Of a stretch of DNA of 64,000 bases, positions 39,424-47,926 are shown in pieces; position 1 is the stretch's first letter; each line of letters starts with the position of its first letter. Made by a program: the position numbers and the translations under genes. The notes beneath the pieces are model-generated. The model did no database searches. It was not told the origin of the DNA and saw only the letters and a program-made list of their open reading frames with translations. The DNA is from Acidobacteriota bacterium (GTDB lineage: Bacteria > Acidobacteriota > UBA6911 > RPQK01 > JAJDTT01): positions 384,001 to 448,000 of the forward strand of contig OZ242374.1 in NCBI GenBank assembly GCA_965209055.1, read 5' to 3'.

Positions 39424-39705
39424 ATGCTCCTGATCGAATGTCCCTGGTGCGGCCCCCGCGACGAATCGGAGTTCGCCTACTCCGGCGAGGCGCACATCGT
39501 CCGGCCCCCGGCGCCGGAAGAGCTCACCGACGAAGAGTGGGCCGACTACCTCTTCTACCGGAGGAACAAGCGGGGGGACCATCTGGAGCAGTGGTGCCAC
39601 GCCTCGGGCTGCCGGCGCTATTTCAACGTCCAGCGGGACACCGTGACCTACCGGATCAAGTCGGTGTACAAGCCGGGCGAGCCGCGTCCGGGAGACCGGA
39701 CATGA
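39424..39705 (+). CDS. soxD: Sarcosine oxidase delta subunit
   Basis: MLLIECPWCGPRDESEF...W.H..GCRRYFN..RDTVT. Confidence 0.95.
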   Translation: MLLIECPWCGPRDESEFAYSGEAHIVRPPAPEELTDEEWADYLFYRRNKRGDHLEQWCHASGCRRYFNVQRDTVTYRIKSVYKPGEPRPGDRT

Positions 39706-42700
39706 GCCAGCCCCACCGTCTCGCCGAGGGCGGGCGGGTCGACCGGAACCGGCCTCTGAAGTTCACCTTCAACGGGCGCGTCTACGCCGCGTTTCTGGGA
39801 GACACGCTGGCCTCCGGGCTGCTGGCCAACGGCGTCCACCTGGTGGCGCGGAGCCTGAAGTACCACCGTCCCCGGGGCATCGTGGCCGCGGGCGTGGAGG
39901 AGTCCAACGCGCTGGTCCAGGTGGGAGAGGGGGCACGTTCTCTGCCCAACCTGGTGGCCACGCAGGTGGAGCTCTACGACGGTCTCTCGGCCCGGAGCGT
40001 CAACGTCTTTCCCAGTGTCGAGTTCGACCTGCGGGCCGTCAACGGTTGGTTCGCGCGCCTGATGCCGCCCGGCTTCTACTACAAGACCTTCATGTGGCCT
40101 GCGGGGTCGTGGCGGCAGTACGAGCATCAGATCCGCAAGGCCGCCGGTTTCGGGGTGGTCCCCACCGGCGCCGATCCCGACGACTACGACCACATGAACG
40201 CCCACTGCGACGTCCTGGTGGCGGGAGCGGGCCCGGCCGGCCTGGCCGCGGCCCTGGAGGCGGGACGCAGCGGCGCCCGCGTGATCCTCATGGACGAACG
40301 GACCGAACCGGGAGGCGCTCTGCTCGGAGGCGGCGGCCGGATCGAAGGGTTTCCCGCCGGGCGTTGGGTCGACCGAATGGTGGAAGAACTGGCTTCCCTT
40401 CCGGACGTCCGGATCCTGGCCCGGACCACCGTGGCGGGCTACTACGAGCACAACTTCCTGCTGGCCCTGGAGCGCCGGACGGATCATCTGACCCCGGAAT
40501 CGGCCCGCGGCCCGCGTCAGCGTCTCTGGCGCATCCGCGCCAAGCAGGTGGTCCTGGCCACGGGCGCCATCGAGCGGCCCCTGGTCTTCTGCAACAACGA
40601 CCGGCCCGGCGTCATGCTGGCCTCCGGGATTTCGGAATACATCCAACGCTATGCGGTCCTTCCCGGATCCCGGGCCGTGGTCTTCACCAACAACGACGGC
40701 GCCTACCGGACGGCATTCGACCTGCTGGACGCGGGCGCACAGGTGGAGGCCATCGTGGATTCCCGGCCGGCCGGCCAGCGGAGCGCCGAGGCGCGGGAAC
40801 GGGGCCTCCAGGTCATGAATCGGCACGCCGTCGTCGACGTCCGGGGGGCGAAGAGAATACGGGGCGTCCGGCTCATGGCGCTGAGCGCCGACGGCAGGTC
40901 CGTTGAAGGAAGAGGGCACAGTCTGGCGTGCGACCTGCTGGCCGTATCCGGCGGCTGGAGTCCCACCGTGCAGCTCAACGCCCAATCCGGCGCCCGGCCC
41001 GTTTACGACGCCGGGAAAGCCTGCTTCGTTCCCGGCCCTTCGATCCAGGCGGAGCGGTCGGCAGGGGCCTGCCGGGGGAGTTTCGAGCTTCAGACCTGCC
41101 TCACGGAGGGGTTCCGGGCGGGTGCGGCGGCGGCCCGCGCGGCGGGCCACGGAGACGGCCATCCCACGCGGCCGATCCCACGAGTGGAGGTCAGGGCGGG
41201 AGATCCGATCCAGCCGCTCTGGATCGTCCCGGCCGGTAAACCAGTCTCACGGGCGCCCAAGCAGTTCGTGGATCCCCTCATGGATGTCACCGCCGCCGAC
41301 ATCCTGACCGCGGTGAGGGAGGGTTACGACTCCATCGAGTATGTCAAACGGTACACCAACCTGGGGATGGGACCCGACCAGGGGCGCCTGGGCAACGTCA
41401 ACGGCATCGCCATCCTGGCGGAGCAGCACGGGACCGACCCCGGCTCCATCGGCACCACCACCTTTCGGCCCACGTACACGCCGGTCACCTTTGCGGCCCT
41501 CTCGGGAGGCGAGCAGAGGGAACTCTTCGATCCGGTGCGCAAGACGGCCATTCACGAGTGGCACGTCGAGCAAGGAGCCCTGTTCGAGAACGTGGGCCAA
41601 TGGAAACGGGCCTGGTACTTTCCCCGGCCGGGCGAGTCGCTCCACGAAGCAGTGAACCGGGAGTGCCTGGCGGTGCGGCGCAGCGCCGGAGTCCTGGACG
41701 CCTCGACGTTGGGGAAGATCGACATCCGGGGGCCCGACGCCAACGTCTTTCTGAACCGGGTCTACACCAATCCCTTCATGAAGGTCCCCATGGGCCGCTG
41801 CCGCTACGGCCTCATGCTGGACGAGAACGGCATGTTGATGGACGATGGGGTGACCGCCCGGCTGGGCGAAAACCACTACCTCATGCACACCACCACGGGC
41901 GGCGCGGCTCACGTCATGTCCTGGCTGGAACTCTGGCTCCAGACCGAATGGCCCGAGTTGAGGGTCTACATGACGTCGGTGACCGACCATTGGGCGACGG
42001 TCTCCCTCTGCGGACCCGACAGCCGCCGCGTCCTCCGGAAGCTCTGTTCCGACGTGGACCTGAGCCGGGAATCCTTCCCCTTCATGTCCGTCCGGGAAGG
42101 CACGGTTGCCGGAGTGCCGGCGCGGATCTTCCGCATCAGCTTCACGGGAGAGCTGACCTACGAGATCAACGTCAACGCCAACTTCGGCCGCCACGTCTGG
42201 GAGGCGGTATTCGACGCGGGGGAGGAGTACGGGATCACGCCCTTCGGCACCGAGGCGATGCATGTCCTCCGGGCCGAGAAGGGATACGTCATCGTGGGCC
42301 AGGACACGGACGGCTCCGTCACCCCCGTGGACCTGGGCATGGGGCGCATGCTGGGCCAGAACAAGGACTTCCTGGGGAAGCGGTCCCTTTTCCGGTCCTA
42401 TCTGGTCCGGAAGGACCGAAAGCAGTTCGTGGGGCTGCTGACCGAGGACGCGGCGGAAGTCCTGCCCGAGGGGGGACAGATCGTGGACGATCCGTCGGCG
42501 CCCCTGCCGAGGCCCATGCTGGGCCACGTGACCTCCTCCTACTACAGCGCCGCCCTGGAGCGCTCCATCGCGCTCGGACTGGTCAAGGGGGGACACGGGC
42601 GCATGGGCGAGACCGTCCACGTCCAGAACTTCGACGGCAGGAGCATCGCCGCCAGGATCGCCGATCCGGTCTTTTACGATCCGCAGGGAGAGAGACAGAA

Positions 42701-42707
42701 TGTCTGA
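39702..42707 (+). CDS. soxA: Sarcosine oxidase alpha subunit
   Basis: Start ATG 39702 overlaps the soxD stop. GDTLAS.LLANG, KYHRPRG, GFYYKTFMWP, GAGPAG, and a GcvT-like C-terminal half. Confidence 0.95.
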   Translation: MSQPHRLAEGGRVDRNRPLKFTFNGRVYAAFLGDTLASGLLANGVHLVARSLKYHRPRGIVAAGVEESNALVQVGEGARSLPNLVATQVELYDGLSARSVNVFPSVEFDLRAVNGWFARLMPPGFYYKTFMWPAGSWRQYEHQIRKAAGFGVVPTGADPDDYDHMNAHCDVLVAGAGPAGLAAALEAGRSGARVILMDERTEPGGALLGGGGRIEGFPAGRWVDRMVEELASLPDVRILARTTVAGYYEHNFLLALERRTDHLTPESARGPRQRLWRIRAKQVVLATGAIERPLVFCNNDRPGVMLASGISEYIQRYAVLPGSRAVVFTNNDGAYRTAFDLLDAGAQVEAIVDSRPAGQRSAEARERGLQVMNRHAVVDVRGAKRIRGVRLMALSADGRSVEGRGHSLACDLLAVSGGWSPTVQLNAQSGARPVYDAGKACFVPGPSIQAERSAGACRGSFELQTCLTEGFRAGAAAARAAGHGDGHPTRPIPRVEVRAGDPIQPLWIVPAGKPVSRAPKQFVDPLMDVTAADILTAVREGYDSIEYVKRYTNLGMGPDQGRLGNVNGIAILAEQHGTDPGSIGTTTFRPTYTPVTFAALSGGEQRELFDPVRKTAIHEWHVEQGALFENVGQWKRAWYFPRPGESLHEAVNRECLAVRRSAGVLDASTLGKIDIRGPDANVFLNRVYTNPFMKVPMGRCRYGLMLDENGMLMDDGVTARLGENHYLMHTTTGGAAHVMSWLELWLQTEWPELRVYMTSVTDHWATVSLCGPDSRRVLRKLCSDVDLSRESFPFMSVREGTVAGVPARIFRISFTGELTYEINVNANFGRHVWEAVFDAGEEYGITPFGTEAMHVLRAEKGYVIVGQDTDGSVTPVDLGMGRMLGQNKDFLGKRSLFRSYLVRKDRKQFVGLLTEDAAEVLPEGGQIVDDPSAPLPRPMLGHVTSSYYSAALERSIALGLVKGGHGRMGETVHVQNFDGRSIAARIADPVFYDPQGERQNV

Positions 42708-43311
42708 TCCCAGGCAAGAGTCCCCCCTGGCCGGATTCCATTCCCACCAGACTTCGGCAGACACCGGAACTCCCGGCGTCATACTCACTGAACGGTCCTT
42801 CCTGGGCTACGTGAATCTGCGCGGTGATGCGGGGGATACCATCTTCTTGGCTGCGGTGGAAGGAACTCTGGGTACGGCGCTTCCGCTGGATCCGAACACC
42901 AAAGCCGAAGGCGAGGACCTCATCGTCTGTTGGATGGGCCCCGACGAGTGGCTGATCATTCTCCGTCCCGGCGAGCAGGCCCAGTGCGTGGCCGCCCTGA
43001 GGCAGGCGTTGGGAGAGCGCCACGCCTCCGCCGTCGACACCACCGGCGGCTACACCCTGGTCAACATCGCGGGCGCGCGGAGGCGGGAACTCCTGGCCAA
43101 GGGGTGCACTCTGGACCTGCATCCCAGGAGCTTTTCTTCCGGCCAGTGCGCCCAGACCAATCTGGGCAAGGCCGGAGTCCTGTTGATTCCCAGGGGCGAT
43201 GCCTCCGACGCCCGATCCTTCGACGTGATCGTCCGGCGCAGCTTCGCCGACTATCTGGGCATCTGGCTCGAACACTCGGGCCGGGAATACGGACTCCGGA
43301 TCATCGCGTAG
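42700..43311 (+). CDS. soxG: Sarcosine oxidase gamma subunit
   Basis: NLRG, WMGPDEWL, LAKGC.LDLHPR.F..GQCAQT, VRRSFADYL. Confidence 0.93.
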   Translation: MSDPRQESPLAGFHSHQTSADTGTPGVILTERSFLGYVNLRGDAGDTIFLAAVEGTLGTALPLDPNTKAEGEDLIVCWMGPDEWLIILRPGEQAQCVAALRQALGERHASAVDTTGGYTLVNIAGARRRELLAKGCTLDLHPRSFSSGQCAQTNLGKAGVLLIPRGDASDARSFDVIVRRSFADYLGIWLEHSGREYGLRIIA

Positions 43312-43313
43312 CC

Positions 43314-43340
43314 GGGGCGGCGGTTTCCAACCGCCGATTC
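43314..43340. repeat. REP-like palindrome
   Basis: GGGGCGGCGGTTTCCAACCGCCGATTC between the convergent soxG and amidohydrolase genes. Confidence 0.8.
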
Positions 43341-43352
43341 TTCGCCCGCCGC

Positions 43353-44189
43353 CTACAGTTCCGGAAACCACAAACGGCGCGCCGTTTCTCCCAGGATCTG
43401 CCGGCGATCCTCCTCCTTCAGCGGCAGCACCTCCCGAAAAACACGCAGATGCTCCGCGTAGCTCATCTTGGGCGTCCAGAGCCGATTCGGGTAGTTGCTT
43501 CCCCAGACGCAGCGCTCGGCCCCGTAGGCGCCGATGATCTTGAGCGCCGCCTCGTGGAGATCGTCTCCCGGAAAACCCGTTTCGGTCCCGGTGCTGATGA
43601 AGTCCACCTTGGCGATCAGATTGGGAAACCGGGCCAGCCGCAGGACGGCGTCCAGCTTCTTCCGGTACTCCTCCTCGCCCGGCTTCAGGTCCAGACAGTG
43701 GCAGAAGGCCACGGTGAGGTGGGGGAACTCCCGCAGCAGCCTCTCGGCGCCCTCCACCCATTCCAATTGCATGAGGAAGATATCGACGGTGATCCCCAAC
43801 TCATGGGCGGACTGCCAGAGGCGGCGCACCGCCGGGTGGTCGAACCGGGTCCGGGATTCGGCGGGGATGCTGCGCAGCGACTTGACCCCGTGATTCTGCA
43901 CCAGCCGCCAGAGGATCTCGGGACTCCGCGGATCGTCGGGGTCCAGCGTGCACACCCCGCTGACCCGGCCGGGGTTCGCGCGGCTGACGTCGGCGAGATA
44001 CCGGTTGTCGTATCCGTAGAAGGAGACGGTCTGAATGGCCCGGACCGCCGCCACGCCGTTGGCGTGCATCACGGCCCGCAGATTCTGGATGGAGCCGCCG
44101 CCCCCCGGAACCCGCAACGGCCGGGCCACCGGCGGGTAGCGCGATTCATCCGGCGAGTAGATGTGGGCGTGGCAGTCGATGATGAGCAT
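43353..44189 (-). CDS. Amidohydrolase_2 family protein
   Basis: IIDCHAH, YGYDNRY, WGSNYP, ILGETARRLW. Confidence 0.88.
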   Translation of the reverse strand: MLIIDCHAHIYSPDESRYPPVARPLRVPGGGGSIQNLRAVMHANGVAAVRAIQTVSFYGYDNRYLADVSRANPGRVSGVCTLDPDDPRSPEILWRLVQNHGVKSLRSIPAESRTRFDHPAVRRLWQSAHELGITVDIFLMQLEWVEGAERLLREFPHLTVAFCHCLDLKPGEEEYRKKLDAVLRLARFPNLIAKVDFISTGTETGFPGDDLHEAALKIIGAYGAERCVWGSNYPNRLWTPKMSYAEHLRVFREVLPLKEEDRRQILGETARRLWFPEL

Positions 44190-44195
44190 GGCGGG

Positions 44196-45545
44196 TCACG
44201 GAATGGTGGAGAAGAAGACCTGGTTGGACAGCAGGTCCGTATTCTTAGCTCCGGGGCCGCCTCCGGTGTAGAGAAGCCCCGGTTTTTTCGGAACCCGGTT
44301 GTGTCCGGTGGCCCGCTCGATGTTGGGCAGCCAGTGCGCCCGGTTCCCATCGGGCCGGCTCGCCAGGAAGAAGGTGAAGCTCCGTCCTCCATCCCGGGAA
44401 CGAAAGGCCGCGACTTCGTTTCCGGGGCCTCCCCAGGTCGAGGCGCCGTCGACAGGGGGCTCGATCTGGGCCGACACGAACGTCTCGCCGGGAGTGAAGG
44501 TGACGCCGGCCGGCGCCAACAGAAGCCGGCCCCGGAATTCCACGGGCAGGAACCGGCTCAGATCCGTTCGGACCCAGCTTCCGTCCCCGTTGGGCCGAGC
44601 CAGGATGAGTCCTGACCGGCCCCCCTCCTCAGTGCTGTAGACGACTCCGGGCCGCCCGTCGGCATCCACGGACAGCGCCCCCGCCCGGACAAGCCGGTTG
44701 CGGTCCACTCCGCCGCGGGCCAGGACCTCGGCGGAATCGGGCGTCGCCGGAAGGGAGACCGGAGTTCCGTCACTCCGGGTCCAGGTCCGGCCCGCATCGG
44801 GACTCACCAGGTAGGCTACCGTCTGCAGACGGCCGTACGCCTGGCTGTCGGATCGTTCGTGGAACCGGCAGGATAGATGGAGCGTCCGGTGATCGGGACC
44901 CCAGGCGAGAGATTCCTGGAAGTGGGAATAGCCTGGATGGCGTGACCTCAGCAGGGCGCGCCGGCGCTGCCACCGGGCGCCCGGCGGCCGCTCCCACAAC
45001 TCCACCTCCCAGGGACGGTCCGCAAAACTGCGCCGGGCGCTGAGTACCAACGTGTCATCCGCCCCGCAGACCAGGGTCGGATAGGTCAGGCGCTCGCCGA
45101 ATCGGAGCTCGTCTTCCCATTCGGATGCATCCCCCGGCCGGCGCGATCGGCGGTAGCACATGGGATGGTGGTGCGGAAAATAGGCGATGTGAAGGTAGCC
45201 CGCGCTGTCCACGGTCAGCGCAGGTCCTCCGTGGTTGTCATAGGCATCGCCGACGGTGACCGTTGGAGACCATTCGCCGGTGTGCCGGTCGCGGCTTCGG
45301 ACCCGGACCCGGAACCCTTCCGGGGGAGAATCCAACCAGGCCACGTGGGTCCGCCGGCGCCAGGTGACGATCTTGTTGGACTCGGCATACCCTGTGGCCC
45401 GGCCGCATCCGTGACGGGAAAGAAGAACGGAACGGCCAGGATCCGCCGCCGCGGCAACGCGCCCGGAACCCCGTCCCCAACCCAGGCCGGCTGCGGCTCC
45501 CAGCCGGCCCAGGGCTTCCCTCCTCGACAGTCTTATTCCATCCAT
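44196..45545 (-). CDS. Tat-exported BNR-4 repeat (sialidase-like propeller) protein
   Basis: SRREAL leader, DNHGGPAL.VD..GYLH...HH, TYP.L, and Asp-boxes SPDAGRTW and SRDGGRSF. Confidence 0.8.
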   Translation of the reverse strand: MDGIRLSRREALGRLGAAAGLGWGRGSGRVAAAADPGRSVLLSRHGCGRATGYAESNKIVTWRRRTHVAWLDSPPEGFRVRVRSRDRHTGEWSPTVTVGDAYDNHGGPALTVDSAGYLHIAYFPHHHPMCYRRSRRPGDASEWEDELRFGERLTYPTLVCGADDTLVLSARRSFADRPWEVELWERPPGARWQRRRALLRSRHPGYSHFQESLAWGPDHRTLHLSCRFHERSDSQAYGRLQTVAYLVSPDAGRTWTRSDGTPVSLPATPDSAEVLARGGVDRNRLVRAGALSVDADGRPGVVYSTEEGGRSGLILARPNGDGSWVRTDLSRFLPVEFRGRLLLAPAGVTFTPGETFVSAQIEPPVDGASTWGGPGNEVAAFRSRDGGRSFTFFLASRPDGNRAHWLPNIERATGHNRVPKKPGLLYTGGGPGAKNTDLLSNQVFFSTIP

Positions 45546-45692
45546 CTCGGTTCCGGCCCCGGTCCGGGTTTTTCACCCTTTCGCTGAGTGTATTATGTAA
45601 TGAGTGTCTCCCACAGGCACCTGCACACGTCATCTCGGAATCATTCGGACGCGCCTCCGTTCCGGAAACGAGAGGAGAAAGAAAGCCTTGTC

Positions 45693-45818
45693 ATGAATCG
45701 AAACATAATGGACCGATTGGCCGCGGGACCCGTCCTCGGCGACGGCGGCTACATCATCGAGTTGGAACGCCGGGGATACGGAACGGCTGGAGCCTTCACG
45801 CCTGAGGGATCATCATGA
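45693..45818 (+). pseudogene. N-terminal stump of a homocysteine S-methyltransferase (BHMT-like)
   Basis: MNRNIMDRLAAGPVLGDGGYIIELERRGYGTAGAFTPE followed by GSS*. An upstream GAGGAG is present. Confidence 0.75.
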
Positions 45819-46555
45819 AGACGATAGCCATACTGACCCTGTTCGCCCTCACACTGGTGCTTCCGGCGCAGAAAGCGTTCGAGGTCTACCAGGCCGCCGA
45901 CCGGCCCCGCGCATTGGCGCTGATCGGCGACCGGTACCATAGTCCGGTCTACATCCGGGATCACCTGGCCAAGGCCCTGGTTCGGGAAAACATCCCGGTG
46001 ACCTTTATCGAGAACGTCGAAGCCCTGACCTCTGAAGCGCTGGCGGAACATGATCTGCTCATCATCCTCCGCGACGGCATGAACTGGCCGGAAGGGTTCG
46101 ACAAGCCGCACGTCAAGTGGATGACGGATACGCAGCAGCAGGCCATCTGGGATTTCGTGCACGGCGGCGGCGGTTTCCTGGCGCTGCACAACTCTCAAGG
46201 CCTGTACCCGCCGGACGGCCCCTACTACGAGCTCTTCGGAGGAGACTACGGCGGCCATCCCGAGCCCTATGTCTTCACCATTCGAGTCGAAGACCGGGAT
46301 CATCCCGTGACCTCGGGCGTGGAGGATTTTGAGATCTTCGACGAGCAGCATACGGTGAAATACTATCTCGGCCGCGAACACCTCCTGCTGCGTTCCATGG
46401 CGCGGGACAACCTTTCTGCCCCTGCAGGATGGTGGCGCGAGATGGGAAAGGGAAGATTCTGCTATCTGGCTCCGGGGCACACGCCTGAGGCGCTGGGCCA
46501 CCCCATGATGCAGCGGCTCATGCGCAACGCGGCGAGGTGGTTGGTCCGCCTATAG
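45815..46555 (+). CDS. ThuA-like (class I glutamine amidotransferase-like) secreted protein
   Basis: Signal peptide, FV.GGGGFLALH, GG..GGHP, HPVT.G...F...DE, GKGRFCY.APGH. Confidence 0.85.
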   Translation: MKTIAILTLFALTLVLPAQKAFEVYQAADRPRALALIGDRYHSPVYIRDHLAKALVRENIPVTFIENVEALTSEALAEHDLLIILRDGMNWPEGFDKPHVKWMTDTQQQAIWDFVHGGGGFLALHNSQGLYPPDGPYYELFGGDYGGHPEPYVFTIRVEDRDHPVTSGVEDFEIFDEQHTVKYYLGREHLLLRSMARDNLSAPAGWWREMGKGRFCYLAPGHTPEALGHPMMQRLMRNAARWLVRL

Positions 46556-46581
46556 GAGTGGGGACAGTCTTGTCCCCACTC
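46556..46581. terminator. Perfect hairpin immediately after the ThuA stop
   Basis: GAGTGGGGACA-GTCT-TGTCCCCACTC between convergent genes. Confidence 0.55.
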
Positions 46582-46600
46582 TTCAACATCGATTGGGATC

Positions 46601-46650
46601 CGGCGGTTGGAAACCGCCGCCCCAACCGGCGGCTGGGAAAGCGCCGCTCC
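46601..46650. repeat. Two tandem REP-like copies
   Basis: CGGCGGTTGGAAACCGCCGCCCC followed by CGGCGGCTGGGAAAGCGCCGCTCC. Confidence 0.8.
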
Positions 46651-46659
46651 AACCGGCGC

Positions 46660-47631
46660 TTAGGAATCGCCGCTCCCTGCGGCGATGGCTTCCACTTCCT
46701 GCACCTGTTCCGGCGAGAGCGTCCAGCCGGCGGCCGCGGCGTTGGCTTCCAGTTGTTCGATGCTGGTGACCGCCACCAGGACCGTGCAGACGCAGGGCTT
46801 GTCCAGCAGCCAGGCGATGGCCAGTTCACCCAGCCGGCGGCCGTGATCCCGGGTCCAGGCAGCGAGCCGCTCGACAATCTCCAGACGCTCGCCGGTCATG
46901 TAGCGGGCCAGGACGGGGCTCGGATTCTTCCAGGCCCGGGTGCCGCGCGGAATCGGCGCGCCCCGGCGGTACTTGCCCGTCAGGACGCCTTGGGCCAGGG
47001 GGGAGTAGGCGGCGATGCTCAGCCCGTGGTGGAGGCAGGAGGGAAGGACCTCGGCTTCCAGCGACCGTTCGAAGAGGTTGTACGCCGATTGGCTGACCAG
47101 GAATGGTGCGTAACCCCGCCGCTCGGCAACGCCGCTCGCCGTGGCGATTTCCCAGCCCGCGTAGTTCGAGCAGCCGACGTAGCGCACCTTCCCTTGGCGA
47201 ACCAGGTCGTCGAAGGCGCGGAGCGTCTCTTCGATGGGCGTCTCAGGATCCGGCCGGTGCGCGTAGTAGAGGTCGACGTAGTCCGTATCCAGCCGGCGGA
47301 GCGTGCCTTCGATGCTGCTCATGATGTGGCCGCGCGAGAGCCCCGCATCGTTGGGGCCGTCCCCCACCGTCAGGCCCACCTTGCTGGCGATGACGAACCG
47401 GTCGCGCCGTCCGGCGACGGCCTTGCCGATGTAGGTTTCGGAGACGCCGCGCGAGTACATGTCGGCGGTGTCGATGTGGTTGATGCCCAGGTCGGCCGCC
47501 CGGTGGATGATGGCGGCCGTCTCCCTTTCGTCGCAGAAGTGGGTGAAGCTCTCATGCTGGCCGAAGACGTTGGTGCCCAGGCCGATGATGGAGATCTTGA
47601 GGCCGCTGTTTCCAAGCTGACGGTATTGCAT
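46660..47631 (-). CDS. Aldo/keto reductase
   Basis: YRQLGNSGL, IDTADMY, IASKVG, DLYYAH, GKVRYVG.SN, YSPLAQG.LTGKY. Confidence 0.94.
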   Translation of the reverse strand: MQYRQLGNSGLKISIIGLGTNVFGQHESFTHFCDERETAAIIHRAADLGINHIDTADMYSRGVSETYIGKAVAGRRDRFVIASKVGLTVGDGPNDAGLSRGHIMSSIEGTLRRLDTDYVDLYYAHRPDPETPIEETLRAFDDLVRQGKVRYVGCSNYAGWEIATASGVAERRGYAPFLVSQSAYNLFERSLEAEVLPSCLHHGLSIAAYSPLAQGVLTGKYRRGAPIPRGTRAWKNPSPVLARYMTGERLEIVERLAAWTRDHGRRLGELAIAWLLDKPCVCTVLVAVTSIEQLEANAAAAGWTLSPEQVQEVEAIAAGSGDS

Positions 47632-47679
47632 CGGGCTTTTCTCCTGTATGGATAGGGGCGTGCGGGGGAGAAAGCTGGG

Positions 47680-47889
47680 TCAGCCCAGTCCCGAAATCGG
47701 ATTCCCCTGTTCGTCGCCGATGGAGTTGGCGTTATTGACGGGCCGGCCGATGGAGTGCATGTCGGTCTTGGTCCAGTCGATTCCCAACGCCTTGTAGAGC
47801 GATGCGAACACGTCCCCCATGGTTGCCCTTCGCCCGGTCACGTAGGCGCCCCGGTCGTCGCTGGCGCCGATGATCTGGCCCCCTTCCCC
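47680..47889 (-). pseudogene. C-terminal stump of a DUF1501-family protein
   Basis: Hand translation GEGGQIIGASDDRGAYVTGRRATMGDVFASLYKALGIDWTKTDMHSIGRPV...GNPISGLG*. There is no 5' part. Confidence 0.7.
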
Positions 47890-47896
47890 ATCACGA

Positions 47897-47922
47897 GATC
47901 GGCGGTTGGAAACCGCCGCTCC
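47897..47922. repeat. REP-like palindrome
   Basis: GATCGGCGGTTGGAAACCGCCGCTCC just after the receptor stop. Confidence 0.8.
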
Positions 47923-47926
47923 GCCC

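Noticed and set aside
45546-45692. SAM or other riboswitch upstream of the methyltransferase stump
   Set aside because: No conserved SAM-I, SAM-II or SAH core sequence was recognisable by eye. An Rfam scan would settle it.
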